This document shows, piece by piece, positions 57,287 to 64,000 of a DNA stretch of 64,000 bases. Every line of letters starts with the position of its first letter. Position 1 is the stretch's first letter. A program made the translations under genes and the position numbers. The notes beneath the pieces are model-generated. The model did no database searches, was not told the DNA's origin, and saw only the letters and a list, made by a program, of their open reading frames with translations. This stretch comes from an uncultured delta proteobacterium (GTDB taxonomy: Bacteria; Desulfobacterota; Binatia; UBA9968), in contig CAWJBB010000030.1 of assembly GCA_963840855.1 (NCBI GenBank), positions 1-64,000 of the forward strand, given 5' to 3'.

Positions 57287-57810
57287 ACAAAATCTTCCCC
57301 ACCGTGGCTTTCGGTTTGGCCATCGCCTTCATGGGGGGATTCTTTACTCATTTCCTCTACCAGCGCTGGAATTCACCCGGGGCACAGGTTGGGGCCGCAG
57401 GCGTTGCGCGCCCGGCGAGCGAAGGCATCGCGCTCGAACCCCAGAGCCACCAGGTGACGTTTTCGCCCCTGACGCCCGCCCCCACAGCGGTGGAGTTGCC
57501 GTTGATGCAAGCGCGGGATGTAGACCGGATACGGGGCCTCACCGGCAATCGGGCGCGCATCCGCGGCCGAGTTTTTCGCGTCGGCCATTCGGCCAAAAGC
57601 AATACCTATTTCTTGAATTTCGGCCCTTCACGCGAAGCGCTGACTGGCGTGATATTTGCGTCAGCCGTGGAGTCATTCGATAAAAGAAAGCTCGCGCCAA
57701 AAAGCTATGAAGGCAAAGAAATCGAAATTGACGGCGTGGTGAGGGATCATCCTCAATACGGGTTGGAGGTTATCCTAGAGGATCCGGCACAAATTCGGAT
57801 CATCGATTGA
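57283..57810 (+). CDS. Membrane-anchored OB-fold-like protein
   Basis: N-terminal TM; GRVFRV...YFLNFG...GVIF...YEGKEIEIDG.V...LEVILEDPAQI; ATGA overlap. Confidence 0.6.
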   Translation: MNKIFPTVAFGLAIAFMGGFFTHFLYQRWNSPGAQVGAAGVARPASEGIALEPQSHQVTFSPLTPAPTAVELPLMQARDVDRIRGLTGNRARIRGRVFRVGHSAKSNTYFLNFGPSREALTGVIFASAVESFDKRKLAPKSYEGKEIEIDGVVRDHPQYGLEVILEDPAQIRIID

Positions 57811-57882
57811 GAGGGCGGCGCGGGAAAAGAAGGATGAAAGCAGAAGGATGAATGGGACAGTGTCACGCAAAGGAAATGATTC

Positions 57883-58062
57883 ATGGCCGATGCAAAAAAA
57901 AGATGTATGATCTGCGCCAAGGAAGCAGCGGTGCTCAACGGTGGTATCTGCGAGCCCTGCCAGGATCGCATTCGGCGTGAAGCGATGGGCCAACAGGCGG
58001 GTATCAGCGAACGCGCCGATAAGGAATTGTCCAAACATGGAATAACCCCGGCCAAGAAATAA
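57883..58062 (+). CDS. 59-aa CxxC-x11-CxxC zinc-finger microprotein (not in ORF track)
   Basis: MADAKKRCMICAKEAAVLNGGICEPCQDRIRREAMG...; SD aagga upstream. Confidence 0.65.
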   Translation: MADAKKRCMICAKEAAVLNGGICEPCQDRIRREAMGQQAGISERADKELSKHGITPAKK

Positions 58063-58294
58063 AACAGACGATGAGCGCGCTAGCATGGATTTCCAGGGTG
58101 TTGAGTATCGCTCGGGCGCGGCGGCCGCTTGGATGTCACAGTGAATGATTTTGCTAACTTCGCCTCTCTTTTGCTGCCTGGCTGGTAAAAATTTGCCATA
58201 AAGTCCCGATTACTTTTCTAGAGACTACACAAGTATACGTACCGGTGTTATAATGCGGTTCTATTTCGCTTTTGGCAGCGATATATGGGTGATT

Positions 58295-59544
58295 ATGCAA
58301 TCCGTACCAGGGAGGTTTGTCGATCTGCGTCGTAAAAAGTTAATACCATTTGGCCCGGTTCTGACGGCATTCCTAATCCTATTCACGGTTCCTTCGGCCT
58401 GGTCTTATTCCCCTGAAGACGAGCTAACTGCACGGGCGGCGATCCTGGTGGACGCGGCCAGTGGCAAGATTTTGTATCAACGGGAGCCAGATCTACGCTT
58501 ACCTCCAGCCAGCACTACCAAGGTGCTCACCGCGATTGTGGCTCTGGAAAGCGGTCACAAACTCAACGAGTTACTGACCGTATCCAAAGCCGCGACGCGG
58601 GTGCCGGCGTCGAAACTCTACCTTCGACCGGGCCAGCAACTCACTATAGAAGATCTGTTGTACGGTCTGCTGCTTTCCTCGGCCAATGATGCAAGCAACG
58701 TGCTCGCTGAAGGCATTGGCGGGTCGGTTGAGCAGTTCGCCGAGTTGATGACCAAGAAAGCGCACCTGATCGGCGCTACCAATACCCATTACACCAACCC
58801 GCACGGACTGACGGCGCCGGATCACTACTCAACCGCTAGGGATTTGGTGACCATTTTCCAATATGGCATGAGAAACCGAACCTTTAGCGCCATCGTGCAG
58901 ACCAAAATCAGTTCGGTAAACTCCAGTGCCATGGTACGGAAAAAGGTCGTGCCCCGGCGCATATCGGTGCGTAATCATAACCGTCTACTGTGGAACTTCG
59001 ACGGCGCCATCGGCGGCAAGACGGGCTACACCCACGCCGCCCAAAAATGCTTCGTCGGCGCGGTGCAAAGAAACGGCGCGACGCTGCTCATCGCGATCCT
59101 CGGATCGCGAAATCTCTGGGGCGATACGCGACATTTGCTGGAGTATGGGTTCGACAATTACGAAACGCTCAAGACCGCCGCCCATACCACAGGCCGGGCT
59201 TCGTCACCCCACGGCCTCGGCGCGGACGCGAGGGCGGCGGCATCACCCCGGAAGGCGACGTTAAGTTGAGCGCGCCCGACGGATACATACTCCAACTGGG
59301 GGCATTTCGCGAGCGTGAACGCGCCGAGTTCCTGGCGCGACAGTTCTTGCAACGAGGCTTGGAAGCCTTTCTCGATAAGGTGGTGCCCACGACAGGCGAA
59401 ACGACTTATCGAGTACGCGTGGGTCCCTATTCGGCACGCAGCGAAGCTGAAGAGATCGCCAAGGAAATATTGCAACAAAGCGGGCACCAGGCCATTATTG
59501 TCCCCGCCGAACCGCCGCGCGATTCGAGAGGCCGGCCCAGTTAA
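58295..59544 (+). CDS. D-Ala-D-Ala carboxypeptidase (S11) with C-terminal SPOR domain; frameshift in linker (about 59170-59265)
   Basis: STTK, SAN, KTG motifs; SPOR (YILQLGAF...YRVRVGPY) in a different frame to 59544. Confidence 0.8.
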
Positions 59545-59603
59545 GTTCCCGCAAGTGTCGCGACGAACTTGCTTTTAGCCGCCGCCATGCGAGTTAGGAG
59601 ACG

Positions 59604-60326
59604 CTAAGCAAGTAATCCGATACCGCCCATCAGACCCGCGAGTTTGGTTTTGGCGACGTTGTGGTCCCAGATTTTCTGAACAACTGAATCTTTTCGCCGC
59701 CCTTTCATCGTCCGCTGTGTCTCATCATCATTGTACACCCGCACCGGTCCCAGGAGCGAGGCTTTATAAAATCTCGAAGCCGCTTCCTCGAGATCGACGC
59801 AGGCGGCAAAAACCCATTCGATTGCCTGTCCAACCACCATCGAGCCGTGCCCGCGCAGCATGACTGCGTCGGCCTTACCCAAGGCCTTGGCGACGGCGTC
59901 GCCTTGTTCATTGGTGTGAATCAGAGCCGGGTCCATATAGAGTGGCAACGCACCGGGACCGAAAAAGGCGCCGGGGTTCGAGGAGGCCGGATAAAAAGGC
60001 TTGTCCACCATGCTGAGGACCGCCACCATATGATTATGCAGATGCGCGACGCTTTGAATATCAACGCGCCCCTTGTAGGCACGGGCGTGCATATAGACTT
60101 CCGAGGGCGCCTGGTACTTTCCTTCGATCAATTTGCCGTCAAAGTCCGTCACGACCATGTCATCCGGCACCACCGTCGCCCGGCTGATCGGATGAGGCAG
60201 AATCAAGAGATGATCCGAGCCTGGAATACGCACGCTAATATGTCCGCTGTAGTCCACCAACCCGGAATTGAAGAGCATGCGCGACGACATGGCTAGTTTT
60301 GTTTTGAGTTCCGATAGTTCCGACAC
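59604..60326 (-). CDS. Class II aldolase/adducin family protein
   Basis: SGHISVR, PSEVYMH, AHLH, LRGHG. Confidence 0.88.
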   Translation of the reverse strand: MSELSELKTKLAMSSRMLFNSGLVDYSGHISVRIPGSDHLLILPHPISRATVVPDDMVVTDFDGKLIEGKYQAPSEVYMHARAYKGRVDIQSVAHLHNHMVAVLSMVDKPFYPASSNPGAFFGPGALPLYMDPALIHTNEQGDAVAKALGKADAVMLRGHGSMVVGQAIEWVFAACVDLEEAASRFYKASLLGPVRVYNDDETQRTMKGRRKDSVVQKIWDHNVAKTKLAGLMGGIGLLA

Positions 60327-60451
60327 GATACTTCTCCTCTCTTTGAAACTGGTTTTTGTGGTATATCTTTCCGTGCATCAGAGGTCAACGGGACAGAGAT
60401 GGAATCCATCCACAAACATCCGCGCAAAGTTGACAAAGGGAGAAAACGTTG

Positions 60452-62239
60452 ATGAGTGCCAATAGCGCTGAAGGCATAAGATGGGACTTGACCGATCTGT
60501 TCGCGTCCCATGGTGATCCAAGAATCGAATCGACTTTGAACGAAACTCGCCAAAGGGCCGAATCGTTTGCGAATCGATTCCGGCCTGTCATGGCGCAACC
60601 CGAAAGTCTTAGTCCCGCCGAGATTCTTGACGCCCTGAAAGAATTGGAGTTTATCTATGAGGCCTTGGGCCGGGTCGGCGGTTTCGCTGGCCTTCTTTAC
60701 GCGGCGGACACCGCAAAGCCGGAATACCAAGACTTGGAGCAAAAAGTCGAGCAGCGCACTACGGAGATCAGAAATTTGCTGCTCTTTTTTGAGTTGGGCT
60801 GGCTCACGTTGGAAGATGCCATCGCGCAACGATTGATCGATGATTCGGCTCTAGAGCCGTACAGGCACTATCTTACCAGCCTGCGCCGTTACCGATCGCA
60901 TATGCTCTCCGAGCCCGAAGAAAAGGTCATCAATGAAAAAGACAACACCGGTCAAAACGCCTTCGGCCGGCTTTTCTCAGAGATTAACTCTTGTCTCACA
61001 TTTTCACTGGAAAAAGCCGGCAAGAAGGAAGAACTGAATCTGAGCCAGATTCTTTCACGCCTTCACGACCCCGACCGCGAACTGCGCAAGCGCGCCATGG
61101 ACACCCTTTATCAAGGTCTCGCGCAGCATGGCCAGGTGCTGACGTTTGTTTACGACACGCTCATCCAAGATCACCTTACGATGGACCGCCTGCGCCACTA
61201 CTCCGACCCCATGGCGATGCGCCATCTGGCGAATGAAATCGACGGCGCTGCCGTGGCGACGATGATGGAAGTGGCGGAAGCGAATTATGGCCCGGCGCAG
61301 GATTACTTTCGCCTGAAAGCCAAGCTGCTGGGCCTACCGCGTCTTGCGCTTTACGATCAGTACGCGCCCATCGGCAAGGAAGTCAGAGCTTTTGCCTACG
61401 CGCAAGCGGCAAACGTTATTCTCGAAGCGTTTGGCGCATTCGACCCGGGGTTTCGTCAATTAGCCGCCGAATTTTTCGGCAAAAATTGGATCGACGCGGA
61501 AATCCGCAAGGGCAAACGCGGCGGCGCCTTTTGCGCTTCTCCCTCACCGCAGCTGCACCCCTACATACTTTGTAATTATGATGACAATTTACGTGACGTG
61601 ATGACCCTCGCCCACGAGCTAGGCCACGGATTGCACGGCTGCTTGAGCCGCAAACAGAACTATTTCAACTACGACACGCCACTCACCACCGCCGAGACTG
61701 CGTCAGTTTTCGGGGAAATGCTGGTTTTCGATTACCTGCTCGAGCGCCACACGGACCCGCAAGCACGGATAGCTCTGCTCGCGGGTAAGATCGAGGACAT
61801 CTTCGCCACGGTGTTTCGACAGAACGTTTTGACGCGCTTCGAAGAATTAGCTTTCTCTGCAAGAAAGGACAAAAGGCTCACACCAGACGCTTTAGGAAGT
61901 CTATGGCTCGAGGCAAATGCAAAATATTACGGCGACGCGGTGGAGATGCCCGACGGCTACCGCTGGGGCTGGTCCTATATTCCGCATTTTATCCATTCCC
62001 GTTTCTATTGCTATAGCTATGTCTTTGGGCAGCTCTTGGTTTTGGCCCTGTATCGAATGTACAAAGAACAGGGAAAAGCCTTCGTACCGAAATACCTCGC
62101 CCTGCTTGAAGCCGGTGGATCGGACACGCCGGAAACACTGCTCAAGCCGCTAGGGGTCGATATTCACGACCCGGCATTCTGGCAGAAGGGCATCGATGAA
62201 ATAAAATCCCTTGTGGGTAAATTACAGGAGACCATCTAG
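60452..62239 (+). CDS. pepF: M3-family oligoendopeptidase F
   Basis: WDLTDL, KGKRGGAFC, HELGH, AETAS..GE, IPHF...FYCYSY. Confidence 0.9.
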   Translation: MSANSAEGIRWDLTDLFASHGDPRIESTLNETRQRAESFANRFRPVMAQPESLSPAEILDALKELEFIYEALGRVGGFAGLLYAADTAKPEYQDLEQKVEQRTTEIRNLLLFFELGWLTLEDAIAQRLIDDSALEPYRHYLTSLRRYRSHMLSEPEEKVINEKDNTGQNAFGRLFSEINSCLTFSLEKAGKKEELNLSQILSRLHDPDRELRKRAMDTLYQGLAQHGQVLTFVYDTLIQDHLTMDRLRHYSDPMAMRHLANEIDGAAVATMMEVAEANYGPAQDYFRLKAKLLGLPRLALYDQYAPIGKEVRAFAYAQAANVILEAFGAFDPGFRQLAAEFFGKNWIDAEIRKGKRGGAFCASPSPQLHPYILCNYDDNLRDVMTLAHELGHGLHGCLSRKQNYFNYDTPLTTAETASVFGEMLVFDYLLERHTDPQARIALLAGKIEDIFATVFRQNVLTRFEELAFSARKDKRLTPDALGSLWLEANAKYYGDAVEMPDGYRWGWSYIPHFIHSRFYCYSYVFGQLLVLALYRMYKEQGKAFVPKYLALLEAGGSDTPETLLKPLGVDIHDPAFWQKGIDEIKSLVGKLQETI

Positions 62240-62295
62240 CTCTTATCGGAACACGAAATTCTCAAGTCGCGGAAACGTGGCGAGCCCCATAAGTG

Positions 62296-63738
62296 TCACT
62301 TCATCTTGAACGCCGGCGGCACGATTTCATCTATTTCCTTCCCGGTCCAGTGCCACTTGGGCACGCTGTCCCACACCTGTTCGCCTTTGGCCTGGACTTT
62401 GTCGAGCAGTTCTTCTTCGTTGAGGCGAAGATACTTGCCGTTGTCGACAAGCGTTTCGCCGTCGACGATGACCGTGCGCACGTCGCGGCTGACAGCGGTT
62501 TCCATCAGCGAACGGATGGGATCGCGCACCGCGCCGAAGGCGATGTCGCGGAGGTTGATGATCGCGACATCGGCCTTGGCGCCTTTTTGCAGCCTCCCTA
62601 TATCCTCCCGTCCGAGCATTTTCGCTCCGCCTAGCGTAATCGCGTTGAAAACGTCGCGCGGCTGGCCCGAGAGAAAACTCTTGTCGGCGACTCTAGACGC
62701 AATCGCCGCGTAGCGCATGTCGGAGAGAATGTCTTTGGGGAAGGTATCGGTGCCGATACCCATGTTGATGCCCGCTTTGCGATAGCGATCAAAGGATTCC
62801 ATGAGGATACCGAGCTTTAGATATTTGAGCGGACTGTAAGCGACCGACGCGCCGGAATCCGCGATGATCTTGAGGTCGTCGCCGTAAGGATAAGCCAACC
62901 AACTATGGCCGCTGACGAAGATGCAGTGCGACAGCGACACTTCAGGATCGAGGAAGCCAATTTTTTTTAACAGCTCAATCGGCGTGCAACGCTCGCGCTG
63001 CATGACGGTGTGGAATTCGAAGAGATTGATCGTCGCGTGGATCTGAATCCGCACTCCGGTATCCTTCGCCGCCTTCCTGGTTTCCTTTAGCAACGCCGGC
63101 GTGCACGAGTCGACATGGCCCGGGAACAACAACGCGGTCATGCGGCCGCCGCACGCGCCGTTGAATTTCCTGGCGAAATCGACGGCCGCTTTGAGTCCTT
63201 TACTGCCGCGCTCGTCGTCCCAGTCGTACTCCAAGCGACCGTCGCGGTCGTGAAAGAAAGCGACGTTTTTGTAGCTCGGGCCGGCGGCGCAACGAATACC
63301 CACCTGATCGATCATGTCCACATATCGCTCTGCTTCAGCACCGGCGCCGCCGATGTCAAAGGTCGTCGTCACGCCGCTTTTGAGCACGTGGATCAGCGAG
63401 AACCGCTGGCCGACGTCCACGTCTTTCAAGTGCGCCGAATGCGCTCCCTCACGCGTCGGCCCGCCATGGGCGAGATAGTTGGCGGCGAAAAAATCCGTTT
63501 TCGTCGAATCGGCGAGAATATAATCGCTGGCGTTGATGCCGGAATGAAAGTGCGTGTCAATAAACCCGGGCGAGACCAGGCAGCCTTCGGCGTCGATCTT
63601 CTTGTCAACCGGATGACGGTAGTCCTTACCGACGAACTCGATGCGATCGCCGTCGTAAACGACGGCGCCGTCTTTGATTATTTCATGTTCATTGCCATCG
63701 AAGGCGGCGACATAGCCGCCTTGGATCAGTGTTTTCAT
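62296..63738 (-). CDS. Amidohydrolase (Atz/Trz/chlorohydrolase-like)
   Basis: PGFIDTHFH, IQIH, SHC, IGTDTF, TLGGA..LGREDIGRL..GAKAD. Confidence 0.85.
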   Translation of the reverse strand: MKTLIQGGYVAAFDGNEHEIIKDGAVVYDGDRIEFVGKDYRHPVDKKIDAEGCLVSPGFIDTHFHSGINASDYILADSTKTDFFAANYLAHGGPTREGAHSAHLKDVDVGQRFSLIHVLKSGVTTTFDIGGAGAEAERYVDMIDQVGIRCAAGPSYKNVAFFHDRDGRLEYDWDDERGSKGLKAAVDFARKFNGACGGRMTALLFPGHVDSCTPALLKETRKAAKDTGVRIQIHATINLFEFHTVMQRERCTPIELLKKIGFLDPEVSLSHCIFVSGHSWLAYPYGDDLKIIADSGASVAYSPLKYLKLGILMESFDRYRKAGINMGIGTDTFPKDILSDMRYAAIASRVADKSFLSGQPRDVFNAITLGGAKMLGREDIGRLQKGAKADVAIINLRDIAFGAVRDPIRSLMETAVSRDVRTVIVDGETLVDNGKYLRLNEEELLDKVQAKGEQVWDSVPKWHWTGKEIDEIVPPAFKMK

Positions 63739-63847
63739 CGCTCGTGCCTTTCAGGTTTTTAGATGAGAATCACGGGCAGCACTAACAAAAGAAAACAGCT
63801 ATGACAAGCACGTCGCCTGATGCGCGGGCTTTACGAGAAGCGCCGGC

Positions 63848-64000
63848 TCACCGCCTTGGCGCGTGCGGCTCGCCGCCCCAGAGATCTTTTTGGAACCCGC
63901 TTTTTTCCAGATGATGCACAAACGAATTGTCGTAAATCTCCTCGGCCTTGCGCTTGACCGGAATACCCAAGCTGCGCAGGAGTTCGACAGAATCGGCAAC
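63848..64000 (-). CDS. C-terminus of an NMT1-type SBP (truncated by window edge)
   Basis: ...KRKAEEIYDNSFVHHLEKSGFQKDLWGGEPHAPRR* resembles the C-termini of other SBPs here. Confidence 0.6.
   Translation of the reverse strand, partial: VADSVELLRSLGIPVKRKAEEIYDNSFVHHLEKSGFQKDLWGGEPHAPRR

Noticed and set aside
63799-63999. 66-aa ORF in the track
   Set aside because: A different minus frame (63848-64000) gives a recognisable SBP C-terminus

Overview
GC-rich bacterial chromosomal segment. The gene content and repeat families suggest Candidatus Binatia/Binatota-type deltaproteobacteria, which is an inference only. About 6.3-50.6 kb is an accessory catabolic/uptake region. It holds roughly 20 substrate-binding-protein (SBP)-fold genes, three FbpB-type permeases but no ABC ATPase, three phthalate-dioxygenase-like Rieske oxygenases with no reductase, and three cupins. 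It also holds an amidohydrolase, an alpha/beta hydrolase, RidA proteins, an orphan CbbQ/NorQ + CbbO/NorD chaperone pair, two toxin-antitoxin modules beside or inside a tandem ABC_sub_bind array, and many REP/MITE-like repeats. The flanks carry GT-C glycosyltransferases, a NahE-like aldolase and tRNA-Thr(CGT) on the left. On the right are a TPP-riboswitch thiS-thiG-thiE operon, MEMO1, FAH, holA-PLD-OB fold, a D,D-carboxypeptidase, a class II aldolase, pepF and a second amidohydrolase. The best candidate for an undescribed system is a five-member family of exactly 354-aa, signal-peptide-less SBP-fold proteins with an invariant N-terminal C-W-H-x-x-H motif. These may be cytoplasmic (metallo)enzymes or sensors, and they are co-located with the Rieske oxygenases and the orphan NorQ/NorD-type chaperone. 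A single-chain triple-RidA fusion and an in-frame translated nested REP are also notable. All product calls come from motif recognition only; no searches were run.
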